NCBI GenBank assembly: GCA_002495235.1
Contig: DAEG01000019.1
Span: 1-40,677, forward strand
DNA length: 40,677 nt
DNA from: Euryarchaeota archaeon UBA287
Lineage (GTDB): Archaea; Thermoplasmatota; UBA186; UBA287
Reading direction: 5' to 3'
The number at the start of each line of letters is the position of its first letter. Within the stretch, counting starts at the first letter, position 1. The position numbers and the translations under genes were made by a program. The notes under the pieces were generated by a model. That model was not told where the DNA came from. It searched no databases and was given only the letters and a program-made list of their open reading frames with translations. Shown piece after piece: positions 8,050 through 16,661 of this stretch.

Positions 8050-9093
8050 TCAATCGATCCTCGGCTCCACGCACTCACCAAAGTATTCGCACAGAAGATC
8101 CCCGTCATACCACAGCGGTGCCGGGAACCAGTCGTACTCGTCGAACCTCTCAAGGTCTATGTCTATGTTGGGCTCATTCCTGTTAAATCTGCGGTATGGT
8201 GCATTTTTGGCGTGGTCGTACACGAACACCCCCGGGTCAACACATGTGCCTATCCCGAGCATCCCGCTCAGCGATGCGTGATACCGCAGGCTCTGGACGA
8301 CCATGAGATCACAGTCCAGATCCTCTAGGTAATGGCGCGGTAACCCCAGAGTTTTGAATACTCTTAGAAAGCTCCACAACACGTCAAAGACGACGCCAGG
8401 GATCTGCCTTACTAGAGCAGGGATATACTCGCCCACCACTGGGATTATGGATGTCACAAGTGATATCAGGCTCGCTTCATCACCCAGAGGCTCTATGGCT
8501 ACGATCAGATCGATCCTGTCGTCGTTGAGCGCTACCCTCTCTATTATTGGGTAGCTCGCCCCGTAGGAGAATCCTATTATGCCCATTCTGTCCTCGTTCA
8601 CTCCCGGAAGTTCGGATGCGTATGTGATCACATTGTAGAGATCCTCTATTACGTACTCGGAGTCAAACGGCAGGATCGAGGGAGGACACAGGGTACTACG
8701 CCCTATCCCGTATCTCTCTCGTTCAAGAAGGTCACCGGGCTTGCTCCAACCCGCCGCTAACATAAAAGTCCCTCGCGGATCCCAAGTCACTACAGTGTAT
8801 CCCTGTGAGGCTACGAACTCAGGAGTGAAAGGAGCAAAATAGACTTCAAAGCCCTTTCCGTACTCCCAGCTTCCGGGGCACATCACAAATGCCGGGTGCT
8901 CTTTTCCGTCGTCAGGCTGGTATACGGTCACAAAAAGCTCGCCATTTATTCCGCCGCCATCTGTTCCTATCTTAGTCGTGAATGTTCTGATTCCTGAGGC
9001 GCTACCTGCGTTTTCCACCCCGGCCAGCACTGCAGGATTCAGAAATAAAAAGAGCGCCACCACAAGTATTCTTACCTCTCTGCGGCTCACCAT
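8050..9093 (-). CDS. Secreted alpha/beta-fold hydrolase
   Basis: It has an N-terminal signal/anchor (ILVVALFLFLNPAVLAG) and a nucleophile elbow GFSYG (GxSxG). A TATA box lies 24 nt upstream of the ATG. Confidence 0.7.
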   Translation of the reverse strand: MVSRREVRILVVALFLFLNPAVLAGVENAGSASGIRTFTTKIGTDGGGINGELFVTVYQPDDGKEHPAFVMCPGSWEYGKGFEVYFAPFTPEFVASQGYTVVTWDPRGTFMLAAGWSKPGDLLERERYGIGRSTLCPPSILPFDSEYVIEDLYNVITYASELPGVNEDRMGIIGFSYGASYPIIERVALNDDRIDLIVAIEPLGDEASLISLVTSIIPVVGEYIPALVRQIPGVVFDVLWSFLRVFKTLGLPRHYLEDLDCDLMVVQSLRYHASLSGMLGIGTCVDPGVFVYDHAKNAPYRRFNRNEPNIDIDLERFDEYDWFPAPLWYDGDLLCEYFGECVEPRID

Positions 9094-9111
9094 AGATTTT
9101 CAGCGCATTTG

Positions 9112-9121
9112 TTTTATATAA
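9112..9121 (-). promoter_or_regulatory. TATA box of the alpha/beta hydrolase gene (leaderless geometry)
   Basis: The minus strand reads TTATATAAAA, centred about 24 nt upstream of the ATG at 9093. Confidence 0.4.
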
Positions 9122-9240
9122 CGTTTTCTATCTGTGACGTCCGAATTTACGTAGAAAAACTGTAATACAAAGACTTTATATACATTATTTACATTATAAA
9201 AGAAATGTATAATCGTTACATACTTTACAATATAATGCCT

Positions 9241-10200
9241 TTACTCATGGGACGTCTCATTTTTCTCCAATTTTTCTATCAGCTCTGGCACGATCTCGTA
9301 CAGATCTCCCACTATTCCATAGTCTGCATAGCGGAATATAGGAGCGCTCGGATCACTGTTTATTGCCACTATCATCTCTGAATTCCTCATGCCGGCCAGG
9401 TGCTGGGGACTGCCAGAGATGCCGATAGCGACGTATATTCTAGGCTTTACCGTGTTCCCGCTGAAACCCACCTGGTGATCCCTGCTTATCCACCCGTCAT
9501 CCACCAGAGGCCTGGAAGAACCAACAACGCCGCCGAGAAGATAGGCAAGCGTCTCAAGCATCCTGAAGTCCTCTCTGTTTTTTAACCCCCTGCCCCCACT
9601 GACAATGACATCGGCGTTCTGTATGTCTATACTCTCCATCTTTTCTCTCTTAATGAGAGCAAATGACCCGGGTATGTTGGGTGGCAGATCCTTCCGTATT
9701 GTTCTGCCCTCTCTATCCTCCCTCTCCGCAGGCTTCATGACTCTGTACCTCACGGTGCTCATCTTTGGAGTGCTCCTGGTCTTTATGTGCGCCAGTATGT
9801 TCCCCGTGAACGCAGGCCTTATCTGTATGAACTCACCGTCTTCAACCCTGAGATCCGTGCAGTCCGCGGTCAGTCCGGTATTTAGTGCCGCAGCAACCCT
9901 CGGTGCCAGAGCTCTGCCAAACTTTGTCGCGCCAAAGAGAAAGATCTCTGGCCTGATCTCCTTTGCAAGAGAAGATAAACATTCCTTGCACATCATGATC
10001 TCTTGTTCACAGTGGTATAGGTAAACATTCTCAGCACCGTGCTTTATCAGCTCTTCAGCAACGTCATCCTCAGCTCCACACACCACAGCCTCCAGCGTTA
10101 GTGACAGCTCTCTCGCGATTTCCTTACCTCTGCCAAGCAGCTCAAATGCTACGGGATGTACCTCTTTTCCGCTCATCTCTGCAAAAATCAGAAGGCCCAT
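9241..10200 (-). CDS. etfA: Electron transfer flavoprotein, alpha subunit
   Basis: 319 aa with the C-terminal FAD-binding signature AIGISGSPQHLAGM. It overlaps etfB by 13 nt. Confidence 0.9.
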   Translation of the reverse strand: MGLLIFAEMSGKEVHPVAFELLGRGKEIARELSLTLEAVVCGAEDDVAEELIKHGAENVYLYHCEQEIMMCKECLSSLAKEIRPEIFLFGATKFGRALAPRVAAALNTGLTADCTDLRVEDGEFIQIRPAFTGNILAHIKTRSTPKMSTVRYRVMKPAEREDREGRTIRKDLPPNIPGSFALIKREKMESIDIQNADVIVSGGRGLKNREDFRMLETLAYLLGGVVGSSRPLVDDGWISRDHQVGFSGNTVKPRIYVAIGISGSPQHLAGMRNSEMIVAINSDPSAPIFRYADYGIVGDLYEIVPELIEKLEKNETSHE

Positions 10201-10973
10201 GCCATCTCCTTGAAAGCGTCTAACAGCGCATCTATGCCTTCGTCAGCATTCCTGTAGATCCTGCCCTTTCTACCCTCTTCCTTTGGAACTACTGTTCTTG
10301 AGACCCTTGTAGGGCTACCCCTTGCACCGAACCTCTCCTCGCTATCTCCAAGCACGTCCGCGCTCCAGATCTCAACACTCTTTTTTCTCGCCTCAAGCTT
10401 TTCTTTCAATGTCGGCAATCTCGGCACATTGACATCCTTTGTCACCGAGAGAAGCGCAGGAGATCCTACTCTATAAACGAGTTTCTCACGATCCATGTCC
10501 ACGACGGCGTACATCCCATCTGCTTTTATCTCGAGTTCGGAAACGTAGTAAAGACTAGGAATTCCAAGCAACTCTGCAACCTCGTTGCCTACCTGACCGG
10601 TGTCTCCATCCGTCGTCTTCTCCCCGCAGAGAACGAGGCCAATGTGTTTCAGTTTTTTTATTGCAGTGGCTATCGTGTGTGAGGTCGCTAGAGTATCAGC
10701 GCCGGCAAATTTCCTGTCGCTCAGGAGAATGGCCCTGTCTGCGCCCCTGGCGAACACGTCCTTATAGACGTTCTCCATGGACTGAGGACCCATAGAGATT
10801 GTGGTTATGCTTCCGCCTAAATTCTCTTTTATCCTGCGCGCGGCTTCTAGAGCGTTGAGGTCAAAGGGATTTATCTCGCTCTCGGCAGAGCTCCTGTCCA
10901 CCGTGCCTTTTTCCATATCAAACCTGACCCTCTCTATGTCCGGCACGATCTTCACAAGGACCATGATGTCCAT
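10188..10973 (-). CDS. etfB: Electron transfer flavoprotein, beta subunit
   Basis: It begins VLVKIVPD and contains the motifs INPFDLNALEAARRIKE and TTDGDTGQVGNEVAELLGIP. I chose the start at the ATG at 10973 (10964 is also possible); a TATA-like element lies at 10987-11003 on the minus strand. Confidence 0.9.
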   Translation of the reverse strand: MDIMVLVKIVPDIERVRFDMEKGTVDRSSAESEINPFDLNALEAARRIKENLGGSITTISMGPQSMENVYKDVFARGADRAILLSDRKFAGADTLATSHTIATAIKKLKHIGLVLCGEKTTDGDTGQVGNEVAELLGIPSLYYVSELEIKADGMYAVVDMDREKLVYRVGSPALLSVTKDVNVPRLPTLKEKLEARKKSVEIWSADVLGDSEERFGARGSPTRVSRTVVPKEEGRKGRIYRNADEGIDALLDAFKEMAWAF

Positions 10974-10986
10974 GGACAAAAAATGT

Positions 10987-11003
10987 TTTATCAATATTAA
11001 TGG
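10987..11003 (-). promoter_or_regulatory. TATA-like element for etfBA
   Basis: The minus strand reads CCATTAATATTGATAAA, 23-32 nt upstream of the candidate etfB starts. Confidence 0.35.
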
Positions 11004-11077
11004 TTTGTGTGTTATACCGGTTACAGATGAAACCGTGGCTATGCCATTTTACAACATTGATGCCGCTTTTGGAAAAG

Positions 11078-11086
11078 GATATAATA
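11078..11086 (+). promoter_or_regulatory. TATA box for lctP
   Basis: GATATAATA is centred 26 nt upstream of the ATG at 11108. Confidence 0.4.
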
Positions 11087-11107
11087 CATCCAGGAATAAT
11101 CTCTGGT

Positions 11108-12712
11108 ATGGATCTTCTCTTTCTCGTAGCGCTCCTGCCTGTGATTCTGGCGCTGATACTGCTGGTTGTCTTCGTTTTCCCGGCGATGAGGGTGATGCCT
11201 GTGGTCTGGGCCTTTACGCTTTTGCTTGCAGCCTTGGTCTGGCGTATGCCATCAAATGCGCTGCTTGCGGCGAACATAAAGGGTTTAGAGGGGGCTTTTG
11301 AGATCATACTGATACTATTCGGGGCTCTGCTCATGCTCTACGTGCTTGAGGAGTCCGGGGCTCTCTCTGCTATAACAAAGAGTCTCTATTCCATATCGGA
11401 GGATAACAGGGTGCAGGCTGTCATCGTCGGTTTTCTTCTCGTCTCTCTTTTAGAGTCGTGTGCAGGTTTTGGCGTGCCAGCCGCCGTCTGTGCCCCGATT
11501 CTGTACATGCTGGGATTTCCGCCGATAGCCGCTGTGGTGATAGCTCTCATAGGGAACATGCCATCCGTCACCTTCGGGGGGCTCGGTATACCGATAGTTG
11601 TCTCGTACGGCAAGACTCTGGATATACCAGAGGTCATGGGCTCATTGCCCTATGGCATAGACCAGATGCTCATTAATGTCGGCTTCTGGAGTGCCACGCT
11701 TCATGCACTTGTAGGATCCTTTATCCCGTTTGTTATGTGCATGGTTCTGACAAAGTTCTGGGGAAACAGGAGAGCAAGAGACGCTCTGGGTGTGTGGAAG
11801 TTCTGCCTTTTTGTTGGCGTCTCCTTCTTTATCCCCTACTGGCTATTCTCATTTCTAGGACCAGAACTTCCGACTATAGGCGCAACGATAATCTCCCTGC
11901 CGCTAGTGATGTACACCTCAAGCAAGGGCTTTCTGATGCCGAAAGAGCTATGGAAGCTCGGGGAAAAGAGAGAGGAGAAGAGTGTGGGAAAAAGCATGTC
12001 CACGCTCAAAGCATGGGCCCCCTACATCGGTATTGTTACGGTGCTGATAATCACAAGAATCCCTGTGATATACGATGTTATCTCTTCAATAACAGTCTCA
12101 TGGAACAACGCCCTTGGTTCAGGCATATCTATAGCCATATCTCCATTGACCATACCCGGAGTTATCCCGCTCATACCCCTGGCTCTGATATTCATACCGG
12201 TATACCGGATAGACAAAAAAGGAATAAAAAATGTATTCTCAACAGCCGCTGAGAGAGCTCTTCCGACCTCTGTGGTCCTCGTGTTCTCTGTGGCCATGGC
12301 CATGTTGATGGTGAACTCCTCGATAAATCTCTCAGGCTATGAAGGGATGCTTGTGATCCTTGCAAAGGCGTCAGCCTCCGTCTTCGGCCGGGCGTGGGGT
12401 TTCATAGCTCCGTTCATAGGCGCATTCGGTTCTTTCATAACGGGCTCCAACACGACCTCGGACATGACCTTCGGTCTGCTACAGTGGACAGCAGCACAAC
12501 AGGTAGGGATACCTGGTGAGATAGCTCTGGCCCTCCAGGCGGTGGGCGGTTCGCTTGGAGTTGCCATATGCGTGGCAAAGGTTATAACGGCCTGCGCTAC
12601 GGTTGGTATAGTCGGAAAGGAGGGGGAGGTCATGAGGAAAACCCTGTGGCCTGTGCTCATTTACTGCACAGCCGTAGGGCTTCTGGGGCTGGTGTTCACT
12701 TTAGCGCTATAG
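11108..12712 (+). CDS. lctP: L-lactate/glycolate permease (LctP family)
   Basis: A polytopic protein of about 534 aa whose sequence is typical of LctP (LESCAGFGVPAAVCAPILYMLGFPP, GSFITGSNTTSDMTFG). The start at 11108 has a TATA box (GATATAATA) 26 nt upstream. Confidence 0.85.
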   Translation: MDLLFLVALLPVILALILLVVFVFPAMRVMPVVWAFTLLLAALVWRMPSNALLAANIKGLEGAFEIILILFGALLMLYVLEESGALSAITKSLYSISEDNRVQAVIVGFLLVSLLESCAGFGVPAAVCAPILYMLGFPPIAAVVIALIGNMPSVTFGGLGIPIVVSYGKTLDIPEVMGSLPYGIDQMLINVGFWSATLHALVGSFIPFVMCMVLTKFWGNRRARDALGVWKFCLFVGVSFFIPYWLFSFLGPELPTIGATIISLPLVMYTSSKGFLMPKELWKLGEKREEKSVGKSMSTLKAWAPYIGIVTVLIITRIPVIYDVISSITVSWNNALGSGISIAISPLTIPGVIPLIPLALIFIPVYRIDKKGIKNVFSTAAERALPTSVVLVFSVAMAMLMVNSSINLSGYEGMLVILAKASASVFGRAWGFIAPFIGAFGSFITGSNTTSDMTFGLLQWTAAQQVGIPGEIALALQAVGGSLGVAICVAKVITACATVGIVGKEGEVMRKTLWPVLIYCTAVGLLGLVFTLAL

Positions 12713-12831
12713 GGGTGCTCTGATCTTTCCACTCACGCTGACGTCGCGGGGAAGGAAAATGGTGCAATCCCGTTCATCTCTTCACCCTATCCTGGACCAT
12801 TAATGCTCGCAAAGATTGCTCTACCAGCAAT

Positions 12832-12842
12832 CAATATATACC
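12832..12842 (+). promoter_or_regulatory. TATA box for the C69 peptidase gene (followed by SD GGAGGT at 12862-12867)
   Basis: CAATATATACC lies about 36 nt upstream of the ATG, and GGAGGT lies 5 nt upstream of it. Confidence 0.4.
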
Positions 12843-12872
12843 GGGAAGAGTGTGGTGTTATGGAGGTAGTGA

Positions 12873-14108
12873 ATGAAAAGGCTCTCTGTTTCTTTGGTCT
12901 TTGTGGCTCTTCTTTTGGCACTCTCCCTGATGCCTGCAGCGCTCCCGAAAGACAAACAGATAACGCTTGAAAACCCAATAGCCACTGGTGGAGCGATTTC
13001 CTGCGACACCTGGGTGGTCCTGAAGGACGCCACCGGTGATGGAACAACACTTTTTGGAAAAAACTCGGACAGGCTTCCCTTCGATTCGCAGGTGCTCGTC
13101 TACAATGAAGGGAGAGAGTGGGAGAGCGATTCTACCCTGAAGCTCGAGTACACGGAGATACCGCAGGCGGATAGGACTTACGCAACCATGGGATCCTCTC
13201 CCTACTGGTGCTGGGGCTATGAAATGGGAGTTAACGAGATGGGCGTGGTTGCGGGGAATGAGGCGATATACACAAAGCAGCACGAGATAGAGCCTGCAAG
13301 AGGGCTCGTCGGAATGGATCTCCTGAGGCTCGGACTGGAGAGAGGTGCCACAGCCAGGGAGGCTCTGGGTGTCATGACGGATCTGCTCGAGGAATACGGG
13401 CAGTGGGGCTCCGCGACCCCCACAAAGAGCGATGAAGAGGGAAGCTATGACAATTCTTATCTTATCGCGGATAGAAATGAGGCATGGATCCTAGAGACCT
13501 CGGGCAGGAGCTGGAGGGCAAAGAGAGTAGGGAACGGCACAGCATCGATATCGAACGTCCCCACGCTCGGAGAGTGGGACCTCAGCTCTGGCAATGAGAT
13601 AGAGACGAACTGGCTGAACATGATCTCCATATCTGGAAAAACCAGAGAGAGGAGGTCTTCAGCTCTTCTCGGCTCCAAGAGAGATCTTGAGGGCATGATG
13701 GAGATAGCGAGGGACCACAGGGCAATTCCCGGCATATGCATGCACACGATACCGGTCGTCAGCGAGTGGGAGACCGTCGCATCGATGATCGTGGTGCTGC
13801 CTGCTGATGGCTCTATAGAGGTGTGGTGGGCTGCGGGCAGACCGTGCAGCAGCGTTTACGTCCCCTTCTCCTTCGGGGAGGTTCCTGACATGGTTAGCAA
13901 GGCAGGCAAGTCTGTGACCGCTGCGTCAAAGGTGGAGCAGGACTCTTTTTCAGAGAGCTCATACTGGTGGCTCTTGCATGAGCGTGGCAATGAAGGGCTT
14001 AAAGAGCTCGAGAAGGAGTTCATCGCTGGAAAGGACAGCGCAAAGGACAAAAAGGAATACACAGAGCGATGTCTGAACAGGGTCCTGGAAGAGATCGGCG
14101 CTGCCTGA
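12873..14108 (+). CDS. Exported peptidase C69 / secernin-like Ntn-hydrolase (dipeptidase)
   Basis: A signal peptide is followed by AISCDTWVV...LFGKNSDR, which is the nucleophile Cys and the GKNSDR motif characteristic of the C69 family. The SD-like GGAGGT at 12862-12867 lies 5 nt before the ATG. Confidence 0.75.
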   Translation: MKRLSVSLVFVALLLALSLMPAALPKDKQITLENPIATGGAISCDTWVVLKDATGDGTTLFGKNSDRLPFDSQVLVYNEGREWESDSTLKLEYTEIPQADRTYATMGSSPYWCWGYEMGVNEMGVVAGNEAIYTKQHEIEPARGLVGMDLLRLGLERGATAREALGVMTDLLEEYGQWGSATPTKSDEEGSYDNSYLIADRNEAWILETSGRSWRAKRVGNGTASISNVPTLGEWDLSSGNEIETNWLNMISISGKTRERRSSALLGSKRDLEGMMEIARDHRAIPGICMHTIPVVSEWETVASMIVVLPADGSIEVWWAAGRPCSSVYVPFSFGEVPDMVSKAGKSVTAASKVEQDSFSESSYWWLLHERGNEGLKELEKEFIAGKDSAKDKKEYTERCLNRVLEEIGAA

Positions 14109-14168
14109 GCGCAGGATCCGCCAGAACCGAGGCTGCGCCCTGCCATCATACGCTGGGTGCTCTTTTCT

Positions 14169-15440
14169 TTAACTCAACCTGATGTTCACCCTGACCTTGA
14201 TGTAGTCGGTGTCTATCTGGTTGTCATTGCGGATCTTTTCATCAGTCTGGCTTATCACTGTGAGGTATAAGCAGCCCTGTTCACCGACGTAAGCGGAGAA
14301 GCCCTCAGTGTACGTCCTCTCTATGATGCCCTCGCCGTTACCGTTCAGGGATCCTGCATCCTCCCAGGCGCTGTCATTAAAGTTCCAGATGTACATCCGC
14401 GGCTTCGCCGGTGTGCCGTAGCCTTCCCAGCGGACATAGAGCTCCGATATGTCCGATGGGTCCTCCTCCAGCACGAATCTGAAGTTCTGAAGACGCTTCC
14501 AGAGGTGCGCGTTCGTCTCAGCCCTTATATTGTCAGAGTCCTGAATCGCCATGTGCATTCTGGCGGTGAATTCCACAGAGCCGTCCACCCATGGCCCTGA
14601 GCCTGGCGGGCTGTTGTCCGGGACCCTCTCCGTGTTCTTGTACCAGGCGATGCTTGTAGATGACGGATCGCTCGCGCCTTCGAAATCGTATATCCTGGAC
14701 TGACCAGGGGCCAGCTTCACCTCTCTGAAACCTTCATAGAGACCCAGCCTGTGCGCCAACAACGCGTCTATACCTCCGAGAACCGGCAGAATCGCCGCCA
14801 TGATCCTTCCCATCTGGCTCTCGTGCTCCCTGACTGCGCTCATCTTCGTCCCGATGTATGGTGCGATGTTGATGTAAATGCTTGGACCGCCCCTTCTTGG
14901 TATGTAATCAAAAAATCTTATGACCGGTTTCTCTCTCCAGTCCAGCGCCTCTACGGCATCGTACACCATCTTGCCCGTGTTCACGTGGTCGGGGTGTGAA
15001 TAGTACGGGTTCACGAACTCGGAGGTGTATATCGCGTACGGATGATACTCCTCTATCCTGTCCTTTATAGCGTCAAGAGTCGTGTCATTGCACTGGACCC
15101 CGCCGTCAGGGAATCTCAAAAACACGATCCCGCTCATCCCGATGACCGAGGTCGCCCTCCCTGCCTCGTCCTCCCTAGCTCCTGCCAGCTCCTCGCTTGT
15201 CCTTCCCTGAGGATCCATCCCCGCGCCCCCGCTGGTGACAAAGACCTCTACGACTCTGTCGCCTCTGGCAAGATGATCGCACATGGTCCCGCCGGCGAAT
15301 ATCTCGCCGTCATCCGGATGTGGAGAGATCAGCAGGACCGCGTGTCCTCTCTCGGGACTGCCTGCTGCAGTTGCACCCCCTGTAAATGCCGTTCCGATCA
15401 GCATAACCACTATGATCAGAGATAGGGATGCTCTACTCAT
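14169..15440 (-). CDS. Exported LmbE/PIG-L family N-acetylglucosaminyl deacetylase with a C-terminal extra domain of about 190 aa
   Basis: It has a signal peptide (LSLIIVVMLIGTAFTGGATAAG), the motifs LLISPHPDDGEIFAGGT and HPDH, and a C-terminal region that looks beta-rich (ELYVRWEGYG...MYIWNFNDSAWED). Confidence 0.75.
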   Translation of the reverse strand: MSRASLSLIIVVMLIGTAFTGGATAAGSPERGHAVLLISPHPDDGEIFAGGTMCDHLARGDRVVEVFVTSGGAGMDPQGRTSEELAGAREDEAGRATSVIGMSGIVFLRFPDGGVQCNDTTLDAIKDRIEEYHPYAIYTSEFVNPYYSHPDHVNTGKMVYDAVEALDWREKPVIRFFDYIPRRGGPSIYINIAPYIGTKMSAVREHESQMGRIMAAILPVLGGIDALLAHRLGLYEGFREVKLAPGQSRIYDFEGASDPSSTSIAWYKNTERVPDNSPPGSGPWVDGSVEFTARMHMAIQDSDNIRAETNAHLWKRLQNFRFVLEEDPSDISELYVRWEGYGTPAKPRMYIWNFNDSAWEDAGSLNGNGEGIIERTYTEGFSAYVGEQGCLYLTVISQTDEKIRNDNQIDTDYIKVRVNIRLS

Positions 15441-15654
15441 GCACGCGCCTCCCGCTTCACAGGTGTGTTAGAACCCTCCAGTCTCCTCACGATACGATAT
15501 CCCACATTTTCTTATTTAAGGATTTTTGCCTGATACTGGTGATATGGCCCTCACCTTTTTTACTCTTCCGCGAAATCTTAATATGAGGAAACTCATGAAC
15601 AGGACGCTCAACGTGATGCAAATGATATAAGCTCTGAGATCAATAAGCACACGA

Positions 15655-15939
15655 ATGAGAGCTGAAGATGCGATAGAACGCCTTCTGTCGCTTGCCGAGG
15701 AAGCAACCAGAGCGGGTGAGAAGGATCTCGCAAGGAGATACGTATACCTCGCCAAAAGGACGTCAATGAAGCACAGGGTCAGGATTGGCGAGAGAAAACA
15801 CTGGCTATGCAGGTGCGGCGCCTATCTCGTGCCCGGCGTGAACTGCAGGGTGAGGGTGAAGGACAACTGGATAGCTGTTTTCTGCGAAGAGTGCGGCGGC
15901 TATAAACGCTTCGGCAACTTCCGCGCAAAGCACATGTAG
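15655..15939 (+). CDS. rnp4: RNase P protein component 4 (Rpp21/Rpr2)
   Basis: 94 aa. An N-terminal helical region (ERLLSLAEEA...ARRYVYLAKR) is followed by a zinc ribbon (CRCG...CEECG). Confidence 0.8.
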   Translation: MRAEDAIERLLSLAEEATRAGEKDLARRYVYLAKRTSMKHRVRIGERKHWLCRCGAYLVPGVNCRVRVKDNWIAVFCEECGGYKRFGNFRAKHM

Positions 15940-16661
15940 GCTGTGTGTCCTATCCTCGCGTTGTCCGGCCTTGAGCTGCCCTCGCGTATTACCATCTCTC
16001 TCTCTATGACCTCTATCGTCCTTATGTCTGTGAATCCAGAGCGCTCCATCGCAGAAGCGCATCGCTCTATCTGCTCCACCGTGGGACAGTAGCAGCACAG
16101 ATGGCCAAAGTCCTTCAGTGCCCCGTACGCATTCTCCACGGCATTCCATGGGTCGGAGAAGTCAAAGACCACGGCATCAGCCCCCTGCTCATCGATCCGC
16201 TCCCTCACATCCCCGAGCCTGAACTCCACGTTCGTATAACCACTCAGCCGGACGTTCTCTCTCGCCACCTCAAGAAAGTCCTCCCTCACATCGTAGCTGA
16301 TCACCCTGCCATCCGGTGCCACGGAGTGAGCCAGCGCCATGGTGAGAGCCCCGGAACCGCTCCCCGCCTCTATCACCGATGAACCATCGTGTATCGAGGT
16401 GTAGAGTATTATGTGACAGGCGTCCTTTGGCGTTATTATCTGCGCCTTTCTCCTTATCCCTAGCATCATGTCGCTGATGGACGGCTTGAGGATCATGAAG
16501 TCCTTGGATCCTATCGTTATGACCTCGCCAAAGCTGCGCTCCTTCAGCATCGCCGGGTTGAAACGCCCTATGCCCTTTATCTTTTCCTCCACGTCCTCTA
16601 CCAGCAGCAAAAACCTCTTCTTTCCGTCATCCAGAATTACGCTCTTACCCTCTTCTATCAT
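15900..16661 (-). CDS. trmI: tRNA (adenine-N1)-methyltransferase TrmI (Gcd14 family)
   Basis: It has the SAM motif VIEAGSGSGALTMAL and the C-terminal HTAYMCFARK typical of TrmI. Confidence 0.85.
   Translation of the reverse strand: MIEEGKSVILDDGKKRFLLLVEDVEEKIKGIGRFNPAMLKERSFGEVITIGSKDFMILKPSISDMMLGIRRKAQIITPKDACHIILYTSIHDGSSVIEAGSGSGALTMALAHSVAPDGRVISYDVREDFLEVARENVRLSGYTNVEFRLGDVRERIDEQGADAVVFDFSDPWNAVENAYGALKDFGHLCCYCPTVEQIERCASAMERSGFTDIRTIEVIEREMVIREGSSRPDNARIGHTAYMCFARKLPKRL

Noticed and set aside
10801-11334. ORFs 10801-11301 (+) and 10918-11334 (-), spanning the etfB 5' end, the divergent promoter region and the lctP 5' end
   Set aside because: They cross two TATA-containing promoters and overlap well-supported genes on the opposite strand. 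Their translations are low-complexity.
12787-13283. Three nested minus-strand ORFs opposite the start of the C69 peptidase gene
   Set aside because: They lie antisense to a gene with a clear signal peptide, SD and family motifs, and their translations are Arg/Pro/Ser-rich.
15516-15755. A 79-aa minus-strand ORF in the LmbE/rnp4 intergenic region
   Set aside because: It overlaps the rnp4 promoter and 5' coding region. Its sequence is Arg/Ser/Ile-rich and low-complexity, with no start-site signals.
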